A stretch of DNA of 64,000 bases, taken from contig JAGVBU010000009.1 in assembly GCA_020059585.1 (NCBI GenBank), forward strand, positions 962-64,961, read 5' to 3'. Positions within the stretch are counted from its first letter, which is position 1. Each line of letters opens with the position of its first letter. This stretch comes from Minisyncoccota bacterium (GTDB lineage Bacteria > Patescibacteriota > Minisyncoccia > UBA6257 > GWB1-50-10). Positions 32,569-41,428 of this stretch are shown here, in pieces. Made by a program: the position numbers and the translations under genes. The notes beneath the pieces were generated by a model. That model made no database searches and was not told the origin of the DNA. It saw only the letters and a list, made by a program, of their open reading frames with translations.

Positions 32569-32901
32569 TTAAAAAGTGAAATTTCTTATATGTTTCTTCA
32601 TCTTATTAACGCTTGAATAGACGAATCTCCAAAATTCATCGGGAGAAAGTCCAAGAATCACCATTACTTCTTCGGGTTCTTTATCCTCAAAAAGATACAC
32701 ATCAAAAAGCTTTTTTTCCTTTTCTGTAAACTCGCCATTCGTATTCGCGAAAATCTTCTTTATTTCCTCAATCTTTCTCGTTCTCGCGGTCTCGTATATG
32801 TCCGAGTTCCGCTGACGCAATTTTTCAATCTTTGGTGAACATTCTGACGTGCTTTTCACCTCCAGTTCATTTCTGGGTTTCTTCTTCTTGTTCTTCGACA
32901 T
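32569..32901 (-). CDS. Small protein with a sigma70 region-4-like HTH
   Basis: FTEKEKKLFDVYLFEDKEPEEVMVILGLS...SSVNKMK resembles the sigma r4 HTH; AGGAGG SD. Confidence 0.55.
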   Translation of the reverse strand: MSKNKKKKPRNELEVKSTSECSPKIEKLRQRNSDIYETARTRKIEEIKKIFANTNGEFTEKEKKLFDVYLFEDKEPEEVMVILGLSPDEFWRFVYSSVNKMKKHIRNFTF

Positions 32902-32989
32902 CGGCGATCCTCCTATATTTTTTTGTAAAAGATGTCAGTACTTCATTTCTATCATGTATTTTTTCATTCCGCCAGCGTCTCCTATCGTA

Positions 32990-33802
32990 TTATCGTGGAG
33001 TAAGCGTGCTAATCGAAACATCGGCAAGGCAGGGATAATTATAGAAAAAGACCATCCTGTCCTCGGGATCAAATCCGGTAACGGTTCCCTCAAGAAGAAC
33101 CTCTCCCGAATATTGAGTTCCGCGGGGATTATTCCAATGCGCATATACATAAGGAAATTTTTCGTTTTTGGGTATTCTCTCAATAACATGCCACTTTCCG
33201 TCCGTAGCATTAAAAAGAACCGTCCCTTTCCATGAAATTTGGTCCCCTATCTTTATTCCCGATAACACTTCGCATGACTCATTGACGCTTTCCGTTAACT
33301 CAGAAACGCGTTCGGCGTCTTCAGAATAAGACCTGTTCAATTCCCATATGGAAAAATTGAGAGCTGAAGCGAAGGATACCCACATGATATACGGAATAAA
33401 AAGGATTCCCGCCACGGCGCGGACTCGCGCAAAAAGAATCGCGGTCCACACAATGGACACGAAAAGGATCGCAATCTCAATAAGCCCCCAGAAAGGACTC
33501 TGCAATCCAAAAAATATTATTGACCATGCGGCGTTTAAAAAAAGGTGTCCAAGAAAGACGATTATCGCGATTTTTTTTTGTACTTTATCGCCATTACTCG
33601 TCCACACAAGATAGAGCGCGATTCCCATAGCAAGGTACAATGCCGTCCACGCCGGTCCAAAAAGCCAGTTCGGAGGAGTAAACCACGGTTTCACAAGCGC
33701 CCCATACCACGAATCAATCGCGGGAGCGGTAAAGAATGACCCGAGAAATCCGGCAATAAGCGGCGCGGAAAGAGACACCGCGAGTTTTATATAATTAATC
33801 AT
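32990..33802 (-). CDS. tspO: TspO/MBR protein with an extra C-terminal soluble domain
   Basis: WYGALVKPWFTPPNWLFGPAWTALY, LNAAWSIIFFG, PYIMWVSFASALN; about 115 extra aa. Confidence 0.88.
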   Translation of the reverse strand: MINYIKLAVSLSAPLIAGFLGSFFTAPAIDSWYGALVKPWFTPPNWLFGPAWTALYLAMGIALYLVWTSNGDKVQKKIAIIVFLGHLFLNAAWSIIFFGLQSPFWGLIEIAILFVSIVWTAILFARVRAVAGILFIPYIMWVSFASALNFSIWELNRSYSEDAERVSELTESVNESCEVLSGIKIGDQISWKGTVLFNATDGKWHVIERIPKNEKFPYVYAHWNNPRGTQYSGEVLLEGTVTGFDPEDRMVFFYNYPCLADVSISTLTPR

Positions 33803-34686
33803 ACGTTCTTTTTTTCGGCAATGTTCTTCATCATCGTAAGCGATTCCTGAAAAATAGCGAGATTTTTGCTTACGGCATCAGGTAATTTCTCCCGAGAAAG
33901 GATATTCGCTTGCGCCTCGAGGGATTTCATGAAATTTCCGAACACGTTTCTTTCTTTTTCCGAAACGGCGTCACTGTATTCCATACGCACAAGAGCGTCA
34001 TCAAGTTCTTCGGTGGTAAGGCTTAGAAAGAATACTGGAAGATTTTTGATCTCTTTTCTCACCATGAGACCGTTTTCTATAGTCACTCCATATGCAAGCG
34101 TAGATCCCCCCGCCCGCGCTTTTTTCTTTATCTTTTCCTCCTTTGCGTCCGCGCGGTTACTCGCCTTGTGATCATGCACCTCGTCAAACGTGCATACCAC
34201 ATCTCCCGTCTTTTTATTCACCATCACCGTATCAATTCCATTCATGTAATCATCATACGCGCTTGCGGGAACCACGATAAAGTCGTCTTTTAACATCTTA
34301 TTGAAAAGAATCGTCGTAAAAATCTCCATCTGTCTGCCCTTTTCCCTTTCTTTGTGCTGAGCGCGGATACGCACAATATCCTCCTCGGTATGCGCATCAT
34401 ATTGCGTCGCATAAAATTCCCGAGCACGCGTTTCGCGCGCGCCACTCCATTCAACTTCAAGTTCAAACATTTTATTTTTGTCCGCCTCTACTCTCTCCTT
34501 CGTATATCCCGCATTACCAACAAATCCATCTATTGATATCGCTCCGCGTTCATCAACCAGATCATGTATACCATATGCTTCGCGCACGGACGAATTTACC
34601 TGTTCCGACATTCTTGTCATGAGCGCGCACAATTTATCCGCGGGATGTTCTACCTTTTCTCGGTTCTGTTTTGGAAATTGTTCCAT
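33799..34686 (-). CDS. Hypothetical protein, possible PD-(D/E)xK-like fold
   Basis: Start at MEQFPK; acidic motif YDDYMNGIDTV...VCTFDEV. Confidence 0.6.
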   Translation of the reverse strand: MEQFPKQNREKVEHPADKLCALMTRMSEQVNSSVREAYGIHDLVDERGAISIDGFVGNAGYTKERVEADKNKMFELEVEWSGARETRAREFYATQYDAHTEEDIVRIRAQHKEREKGRQMEIFTTILFNKMLKDDFIVVPASAYDDYMNGIDTVMVNKKTGDVVCTFDEVHDHKASNRADAKEEKIKKKARAGGSTLAYGVTIENGLMVRKEIKNLPVFFLSLTTEELDDALVRMEYSDAVSEKERNVFGNFMKSLEAQANILSREKLPDAVSKNLAIFQESLTMMKNIAEKKNV

Positions 34687-34804
34687 ATATGTTCGACTCG
34701 CATTCACCGATTCTGAATTCTTTCCTATACCTGTATATTTTAGCACGACGAGAACCAAAAAACTCAATGTCCTCGTTCGTGATGTGTAGAGTATAATGTA
34801 TAGT

Positions 34805-35980
34805 ATGAAAAAGATATTTGTACCGCTCATCGCACTTACAATTGTAATCGCGGGAGGGATGTATCTTTCCCGATTAAAATCCATGGAATCGACGCGCGTA
34901 CCGGAGAAAGAGTCGGAACCGGTAGCAAGAGAAGAATCTATACGCGAGGATGATATAAAAAGACTCATTGGACAAATGCTTATCGTTGGATTCCGCGGAA
35001 CATCGGCTGATGAAAATTCTTATATCACAAAATCAGTGAGAGATCTGAATCTCGGCGGCATCATTCTCTTTGATTATGATGTTCCAAGCGGCACAAAAGG
35101 GAGAAACATTGTGGACCCCGTGCAAACGAAAAAACTCATTTCCGACATTGTCTCGTATGCTAATACTCCTCTCTTTGTCTCAATAGACGCGGAAGGCGGT
35201 CTTGTGAACAGGTTAAAACCCACATATGGATTTGCGGAGATTCCTTCTCATGAAACACTAGGAAAAGGAACCGCGGAAAAGACGCGTGCTACGGCAAATA
35301 TTCTAGGGCAACAACTTTCCGCGCTCGGTATTAATTTCAATTTTGCACCCGTCATTGACGTAAACGTGAATCCCGAAAATCCTGTCATCGGAAAACTCGG
35401 GCGTTCGTTCGGAACAAACCCAGAAAAAGTTTCTATGCATGGAGCCGCGTTCATTGAAGGACTTCACTCCTCCGGAATACTCACTTCCGTAAAACACTTT
35501 CCCGGGCACGGAAGTTCCGCGGCAGATAGCCATCTTGGGATGGTGGACATCACACACTCATATAAGGAAGAGGAACTGGAACCATTCCGGACTCTTATCG
35601 CGGAGGGATCCGCGGATACCGTAATGGTCGCTCATGTATTTAATAAAACCATTGACGAAAATTATCCCGCATCGCTTTCTGAAAAATTTATAAAGGAACT
35701 GCTTCGTACGACGCTTGGATTTACGGGTGTCGTCGTATCAGATGATATGAATATGGGCGCGATACGGAAACATTACGGATTTGAGGAAGCGGTGGTACGC
35801 GCGGTACAGGCGGGAAACGACATTCTCATCATCTCAAATAATGGTGATATATATGACGAAGAGTATCCGAAACGCGCGGTGGATGCGATTGTGCGCGCGG
35901 TGAAAACTGGAGAGATTCCCCTTTCGGATATCTATGCGTCAGCAGAAAGGATCCGAATATTAAAAGAAAAAATACGATAA
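34805..35980 (+). CDS. nagZ: GH3 beta-N-acetylhexosaminidase with N-terminal anchor
   Basis: IDAEGGLV, NFAPVID, KHFPGHG, SDDMNM; TM/signal at the N-terminus. Confidence 0.9.
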   Translation: MKKIFVPLIALTIVIAGGMYLSRLKSMESTRVPEKESEPVAREESIREDDIKRLIGQMLIVGFRGTSADENSYITKSVRDLNLGGIILFDYDVPSGTKGRNIVDPVQTKKLISDIVSYANTPLFVSIDAEGGLVNRLKPTYGFAEIPSHETLGKGTAEKTRATANILGQQLSALGINFNFAPVIDVNVNPENPVIGKLGRSFGTNPEKVSMHGAAFIEGLHSSGILTSVKHFPGHGSSAADSHLGMVDITHSYKEEELEPFRTLIAEGSADTVMVAHVFNKTIDENYPASLSEKFIKELLRTTLGFTGVVVSDDMNMGAIRKHYGFEEAVVRAVQAGNDILIISNNGDIYDEEYPKRAVDAIVRAVKTGEIPLSDIYASAERIRILKEKIR

Positions 35981-36037
35981 AAGGTTATTTTGTTCCATAT
36001 GGAGCATTCGAGAGTTTTCGGGTATTATAAAAAAATA

Positions 36038-36727
36038 ATGCACACAACGCATACAATTCTCATTTCTGACGTGCATCTCGGGAGCAACGTGAGCCGAGCA
36101 AAAAAACTCGTGGAAACGCTGCAAGAATGGGAATTTAAGAAACTCATACTCCTCGGCGATATTTTTGATGATCTCAACTTTGAACGATTAAACAAAGATC
36201 ATTGGGAATTTCTTTCATACATACAGAAGTTTTCGCGGTCTGAAAAAAAAGTCGAGGTGATATGGATACGAGGAAACCACGATGAGCTTCTGGGGCAGGT
36301 TGCGTCCGCGCTTCTTGGTGTCGAGATACTGGAAACGTACGCGTGGGAACACGCGGGAGAAAAGTATATCGCGATTCACGGACATCAATATGATCGCTTT
36401 CTTGTAAATAATAAATTCCTTTCGGACCTCGCGTCCGCGTTCTACATACTCCTACAGAAAATAGACATGAGAAAACGGCGTTTCAGCAGATTCGTGAAAC
36501 GAATGAGCAAGAGGTGGCTTCGTCTTTCTGAAAAAGTCGCGCGTTCGGCAATACGCCTTGGAGAATCAAAGGGTGCACGGCACGTATTTTGTGGTCATAC
36601 GCATCTCGCGATAGAAAAACGAAATGACCGTGTAAACTATTTCAATACGGGATGCTGGACCGATATTCCCTCAACTTTTGCAACAATTTCGGACGAGGGG
36701 AAAATCGCATTGCATACAATAGATTAA
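36038..36727 (+). CDS. Calcineurin-like metallophosphoesterase (LpxH-like family)
   Basis: SDVHLG, LGDIFD, GNHD, HGH, GHTH, NTGCW. Confidence 0.88.
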   Translation: MHTTHTILISDVHLGSNVSRAKKLVETLQEWEFKKLILLGDIFDDLNFERLNKDHWEFLSYIQKFSRSEKKVEVIWIRGNHDELLGQVASALLGVEILETYAWEHAGEKYIAIHGHQYDRFLVNNKFLSDLASAFYILLQKIDMRKRRFSRFVKRMSKRWLRLSEKVARSAIRLGESKGARHVFCGHTHLAIEKRNDRVNYFNTGCWTDIPSTFATISDEGKIALHTID

Positions 36728-36753
36728 AAAAATGGGAGATCTCTCGATCTCCC
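36726..36753 (-). terminator. Intrinsic terminator for a minus-strand transcript
   Basis: GGGAGATC-GAGA-GATCTCCC-ATTTTTTT. Confidence 0.8.
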
Positions 36754-36981
36754 CTCCTAATTTAACTGATGGCCAAGCACAGGCACCTTTCTGCTTATGC
36801 CCTTGGCATTTCTCCCGAATGGGGGTGGTCTTTCACTTGTGGCTCCATCGGAACCTAAATCCCGATCTCTCAGCCCACCACCTATTGCTACGCGCCATTC
36901 TTGCCAGCAAACAAGAACGAATGGAGTCGAACCATTGCCCGTCCAGTAAAATCGCGTATGACGGGATCCGCCCTCGTTCCC
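36727..36981 (-). ncRNA. Candidate structured ncRNA (about 255 nt) with a tRNA-like 5' module
   Basis: GGGAACG/CGTTCTT stem, CCCGTC/GACGGG stem, T-arm AATGG-TTCGACT-CCATT, further stems; bounded by promoter and terminator; no credible ORF. Confidence 0.6.
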
Positions 36982-36987
36982 AGAGTC

Positions 36988-37062
36988 AGAATACATCCGG
37001 AAAAAAGAAAATATTCAAAAACAACTGTCTGGAGAATACATCCGGACTCTATCTCCTGTCAA
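36988..37062 (-). promoter_or_regulatory. Tandem promoter region with a 14-bp direct repeat
   Basis: TTGACA-N18-TATTCT (37062-37033); agaatacatccgga at 36988-37001 and 37033-37046, each containing the -10-like hexamer. Confidence 0.55.
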
Positions 37063-37098
37063 TCTCGATGTGTTACGCCCCCAAGAGACATCGAATTT

Positions 37099-37611
37099 TT
37101 ACACCACTTTATAATGAAGCTGAGTGGTGTTCTCGTTCAGTTTTTTCGTTTCGAGAAGCTCAAGTTCGCATCCAAAATCCGTGTCGGCAAAAATCTTTAT
37201 TCCTTTTCCGAAAAGAACCGGCTCCACGTCAAAATACATTTCATCAATGAGTCCCTCCCGCGCGAACGAGGCATTCAAGAGTCCCCCTCCCGCAAGAAAC
37301 GCGGTTGAGAAACCCATCTCCTCAAGCATGGAAATAATGTCCTTCGGTGATTTATCCGTAAAAACGACATTCTTTCCCCACTTGTTTTCGAATTTTTGAT
37401 GTGTCACGACTACATTCACCGCCTCAGGAAATGGAAAATAACCCTGTCGTGATGCCTCGAGAAAGGTATTTTTTCCCAGAATGATGTTCCCCGCTTTTCT
37501 GCTTTCATCATAAAATCCCTTCAAATCCTCATCCGAGGTCCATTCAGAGTTCCCGTCCTCTTTTGCAATATATCCATTGGGCGTAATACCCATATAAAGA
37601 ATCACTTTCAT
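37099..37611 (-). CDS. Dihydrofolate reductase / RibD C-terminal family protein
   Basis: MGITPNGYIA, ILGKNTF, LAGGGLLNASF, LIDEM, PVLFGKGI. Confidence 0.88.
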   Translation of the reverse strand: MKVILYMGITPNGYIAKEDGNSEWTSDEDLKGFYDESRKAGNIILGKNTFLEASRQGYFPFPEAVNVVVTHQKFENKWGKNVVFTDKSPKDIISMLEEMGFSTAFLAGGGLLNASFAREGLIDEMYFDVEPVLFGKGIKIFADTDFGCELELLETKKLNENTTQLHYKVV

Positions 37612-37764
37612 ATATACATTATCTCTCCCCTCTGCGATAAAGGCAATCCGCGCGATAAGAAGAAATACTCTTCCAAAAACACACATCGCGCGTTATATTG
37701 ACTGAAACTATTTTTTATAGCATTATAACAAACAGTAATATTAATTCACCGAGAAGGAGTAGTT

Positions 37765-38169
37765 ATGAACGAACCGAAAAAGTTCTATTTTTATGACGTT
37801 GACGGAAAAGCGCAAGAATATCCCAATTCCGACACGGTCATCATTTCGGAAATCCAGTTACCAATAAAAGACGAAAGCGAAATGCTCATCGAAGATATCT
37901 TTGATCTGAGTGACGCGCAGCCCGCTGACTATGACAGGAATCCCCTCCCTGTATGTTTCGATGCCCATCTTGAAAAAACGATAGGCGCCTCTCTTTTCGA
38001 TATTCTTGAATACGAAGGTAGAGTGGGTGTTGCGCAGTATCACGGCGGAATATTCTGGTTTGATATATCGTTCTGCGATCTCTTTGACGAAAAGGAATCC
38101 GGTGCGTGGATATTAATCGCCATAATCCTCACTCTCGCGCTCATAGGCGGTGCGTTTCTTCTTTTTTAG
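37765..38169 (+). CDS. Hypothetical acidic protein with C-terminal TM anchor
   Basis: AAGGAG SD; hydrophobic C-terminus. Confidence 0.65.
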   Translation: MNEPKKFYFYDVDGKAQEYPNSDTVIISEIQLPIKDESEMLIEDIFDLSDAQPADYDRNPLPVCFDAHLEKTIGASLFDILEYEGRVGVAQYHGGIFWFDISFCDLFDEKESGAWILIAIILTLALIGGAFLLF

Positions 38170-38180
38170 AAATATTCACA

Positions 38181-38208
38181 TAAAAACCCCCTTGTACGGG
38201 GGTTTTTT
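38181..38208. terminator. Bidirectional terminator
   Basis: aaaaaccccc-ttgtac-gggggtttttt between convergent genes. Confidence 0.75.
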
Positions 38209-40030
38209 ATTTTTCTCCCGCGCGCAATATCCTTTTTCTATCATTATCAGTAAGATACATTTTTCTTATGCGAATATTCTTGGGCGTTACCTCAACGAGC
38301 TCATCATCGCCGATATATTCCAACGCGTCTTCAAGATCCATGGCACGGGGCACGTCGAGCTGTTCCCGAAGTCCCATATTTTTGGATCGAAAGTTTGTGA
38401 GTTCTTTGGTGCGACACACATTTACGATAACATCTCCGAGTTTTGCGTTTTTTCCCACAACCATTCCCTCATAGATTGAAACCCCCGGACCTATAAAAAG
38501 CGTTCCCCGTTCCTCAGCATTCAGAAGTCCGTATGTATTTGACGTGCCCGATTCCGAAGCGACAAGAGATCCATGCGTATCATTTGATAAATCTCCTTTG
38601 TACGATTCATACCCGACGAAGATGCTGTTCATAATCCCCATGCCCCGCGTCGAAGTCAAAAACTCATTTCGCATCCCGATAAGCCCACGCGTTGGCACGA
38701 GAAAATCAAGATACGCGATGCCACGGTCGACATTCATATCTTTCATGACGCCGAGACGCTTTCCAAGCATTTCGATTACAATACCCGAATGTTCTTCCGG
38801 CACCTCGATGGAAACCAATTCCATCGGTTCAACCTTCTTTCCATTATCTTCTTTGAAAATAACCTGCGGTTTTGATACTTCAAGTTCATACCCCTCCCGC
38901 CGCATCTTTTCGATAAGAATCGCGAGATGGAGTTCTCCGCGCCCCGCCACCGTCCACCGATCGGGTGATTCATTCTCTGAAACAGTGAGCGCAACGTCGG
39001 TTTCCACTTCGCGCATCAGCCGCTCCCTTAAATTCCGCGACGTGGTATATTCACCCTCCTTTCCCATAAACGGAGACGTGTTCACGCCGAATGTCATCTT
39101 TACGGTCGGTTCATCAATGTGTATTACGGGAAGCGCTTCCGGAGAATTTACGTCGGCGATCGTTTCTCCAATTGATACCGAGGGGATCCCTGATATCGCG
39201 ACAATCTCTCCCGCATACGCCTCATCGACATCGATTCTTGCCAACCCCTCGAAAAGCATCACGCTGCCAATCTGCACTTTCGATATGTCTCCTTTGCGAG
39301 AAATATGGGCAACCGTCATTCCTTTTTTGAGTGTTCCGGCATACAAACGTCCAATTGCTACCTTTCCCTTATAATTGTCATACGTAGAATTCACGGTAAG
39401 CATCTGCAGTGGCTTCTTTTCATCCACTACTGGCGCGGGAATCGCGCGGACGATCGCGTCAAAAAGCGGTATTATGTTTTCCATATTTTCAAGATCAGAA
39501 TCAAGCCCAGCCTTTCCCTGCGCGGCGGACGCGTAAATCACGGGGAAATCCACCTGCGCATCGGTTGCGCCGAGTTCTATAAAAAGATCATATGTTCGTT
39601 CAAGCGCCCATGCCGGACGCGCATCTTTCTTGTCAATTTTGTTTATCACCACAATCGCCGGATGACCCGCCTGAATTGCCTTCTGAAGGACGAACTTTGT
39701 CTGCGGCATTGGACCCTCCTTCGCGTCTACGACAAGCAGCACTCCGTCCACCATGCGCATGATACGCTCAACCTCCCCTCCAAAATCGGCGTGTCCCGGC
39801 GTATCCACAATATTTACCTTTGTCTCGCCATAGCGAATCGAGGCATTTTTTGAAAAAATTGTGATGCCGCGTTCCCGCTCAAGCTCATTCGAATCCATAA
39901 TAAGCTCCTTCACCGCATCGGATTTCATCTTAAAATTTTCTGACTGCTTCAAAAGCGCGTCTACAAGCGTCGTCTTTCCGTGGTCAACGTGGGCGATAAT
40001 CGCGATATTTCGTATATTTTTTGCTTCCAT
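38207..40030 (-). CDS. typA: Translational GTPase TypA/BipA
   Basis: [48 protein letters not shown]. Confidence 0.98.
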   Translation of the reverse strand: MEAKNIRNIAIIAHVDHGKTTLVDALLKQSENFKMKSDAVKELIMDSNELERERGITIFSKNASIRYGETKVNIVDTPGHADFGGEVERIMRMVDGVLLVVDAKEGPMPQTKFVLQKAIQAGHPAIVVINKIDKKDARPAWALERTYDLFIELGATDAQVDFPVIYASAAQGKAGLDSDLENMENIIPLFDAIVRAIPAPVVDEKKPLQMLTVNSTYDNYKGKVAIGRLYAGTLKKGMTVAHISRKGDISKVQIGSVMLFEGLARIDVDEAYAGEIVAISGIPSVSIGETIADVNSPEALPVIHIDEPTVKMTFGVNTSPFMGKEGEYTTSRNLRERLMREVETDVALTVSENESPDRWTVAGRGELHLAILIEKMRREGYELEVSKPQVIFKEDNGKKVEPMELVSIEVPEEHSGIVIEMLGKRLGVMKDMNVDRGIAYLDFLVPTRGLIGMRNEFLTSTRGMGIMNSIFVGYESYKGDLSNDTHGSLVASESGTSNTYGLLNAEERGTLFIGPGVSIYEGMVVGKNAKLGDVIVNVCRTKELTNFRSKNMGLREQLDVPRAMDLEDALEYIGDDELVEVTPKNIRIRKMYLTDNDRKRILRAGEK

Positions 40031-40143
40031 AATGAAAATGCCCTCTTGGGGCAATATCTCATACCTCGCGCGATTCATTGTGCGATAAAACCCCAAAAAA
40101 GGCAATAAAAAAAGCGGAGATATTCCCCGCTTATAATTTTTCT

Positions 40144-40395
40144 TTAAAGTTCTATTCCATTTTCTTCCGCCCAATCACCAAGCGTGGGCTCTCTAAAATA
40201 TTCCGAATAAAAACCGAATCTCGGAACACCATCGTCACCGTCTCCGCACCGATGGGTTTTAGCCCTCTTTAATTCTTTGATATCGATACCGACATCCTTA
40301 TAGGGCCCTACAACCTTCTCCTGCCAATCCGCGGATGACGTGACATATCCGAAAAACAGGTTTCCTTCAAACCAAAAGGTAATCCACTCTTTCAT
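40144..40395 (-). CDS. Hypothetical protein
   Basis: AAGGAG SD; last gene of a three-gene unit. Confidence 0.55.
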   Translation of the reverse strand: MKEWITFWFEGNLFFGYVTSSADWQEKVVGPYKDVGIDIKELKRAKTHRCGDGDDGVPRFGFYSEYFREPTLGDWAEENGIEL

Positions 40396-40417
40396 TTTTT
40401 TCCTACTCCTTTATTTC

Positions 40418-40864
40418 CTATGGATAAAAAATCAATTTCTCGTGTTTTTTCCATGATCGCCTTGAAATGAAAATCGACGCAAGAAGCCACATGAAAAGAA
40501 AAATGCTCGATATGAAGATTCCCAGAAGGACAGACATCTCTGTCTTAAGAATAAGAAACCATGTCACGAGTCCGTTTCCAAAAACAAAAACCGTCACGGC
40601 AAAAAATGCGTTCCACGAATAGTTAAAGCCATACGCGTCTTTTTCCGCTTCCACAAACGCGCCGAGAAACCCTTCCACAAAAAGCATAAGAGTAAGAAGA
40701 GGAAAAAAGAAAATAGCTTTAAAAAAATACTTTATTTTCCTTTTTGTTCCAATTTCCCCCGTTCCCCTGTTTTTCTCGGTGCTTTTAAGAAAAAGGGATA
40801 AGTATATCCGCGCGATAATCTGGGTTGCGCATAAGAATACGAATGCCGTGAATATCGCGATCAT
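40418..40864 (-). CDS. Hypothetical membrane protein (about 4 TM)
   Basis: Hydrophobic segments; ATGA overlap with the upstream gene. Confidence 0.65.
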   Translation of the reverse strand: MIAIFTAFVFLCATQIIARIYLSLFLKSTEKNRGTGEIGTKRKIKYFFKAIFFFPLLTLMLFVEGFLGAFVEAEKDAYGFNYSWNAFFAVTVFVFGNGLVTWFLILKTEMSVLLGIFISSIFLFMWLLASIFISRRSWKKHEKLIFYP

Positions 40865-41271
40865 GGTTCCTCCTTGGAATCAAAATCTTTCTGAATTTGA
40901 GGAAGTGCCGCGGGATTCCAAAATATTGCAATAATCAAAGATACCACAAACCACGTCATTATTCCCGAAACGGTTATTCGCGCCGTATCAAGAAAATCTC
41001 CCCATCCATAGACGCTCCATGCACTCGCGATGGAAAACACCCCCGCAAGAACCGCGATGCCTGCCATTATGAATTTTTCAATGTGGCGCGAAATTGCCAT
41101 TCCTATCAGAAAAAAGAAGAAAGGCCAAAATATGAACGATGCCCGTTGTATTCTTCTCCTTTCCTTTGTTTCAAGCGGACCCTCATCCGCCTGCCACGCG
41201 ATAAGCATCAAATATCCTACTATCTGCGATACGATGACGGAAACAGCTAAAATAAACGCTATCTTGTCCAT
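40861..41271 (-). CDS. Hypothetical membrane protein (about 4 TM)
   Basis: AGGAG SD; hydrophobic segments. Confidence 0.65.
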   Translation of the reverse strand: MDKIAFILAVSVIVSQIVGYLMLIAWQADEGPLETKERRRIQRASFIFWPFFFFLIGMAISRHIEKFIMAGIAVLAGVFSIASAWSVYGWGDFLDTARITVSGIMTWFVVSLIIAIFWNPAALPQIQKDFDSKEEP

Positions 41272-41352
41272 TACATAACTCCTAGTTTGTTAATTGAATC
41301 TGCATACAATAAACCACTTTTTGCAAGATTTGACAAGTTTTTTTCCAATTTC

Positions 41353-41381
41353 AAAAACACTCCCAAAGGGAGTGTTTTTTT
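41353..41381. terminator. Terminator after the adenosine deaminase gene
   Basis: aaaaacactccc-aaa-gggagtgttttt. Confidence 0.8.
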
Positions 41382-41428
41382 ATGCATACGTATTAAATGC
41401 AAACCCCGAAATCGGGGTTTATGTGTTG

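Noticed and set aside
36727-36981. tmRNA (standard or permuted), RNase P RNA, TPP or T-box riboswitch
   Set aside because: No G3:U70/CCA end or tag ORF; no GAGGAAAGUCC core; CTGAGA is present but the rest of the TPP core is not; no downstream gene to regulate
37043-37056. Group I intron S-like sequence (GAGATAGAGTCC, minus strand)
   Set aside because: No matching P, Q or R elements and no interrupted host gene; it lies in a promoter spacer
36732-37308. ORFs 36732-37250 (+), 36757-36996 (-) and 36901-37308 (+)
   Set aside because: No SD, no recognisable motifs, and they overlap the DHFR-like gene or the structured RNA
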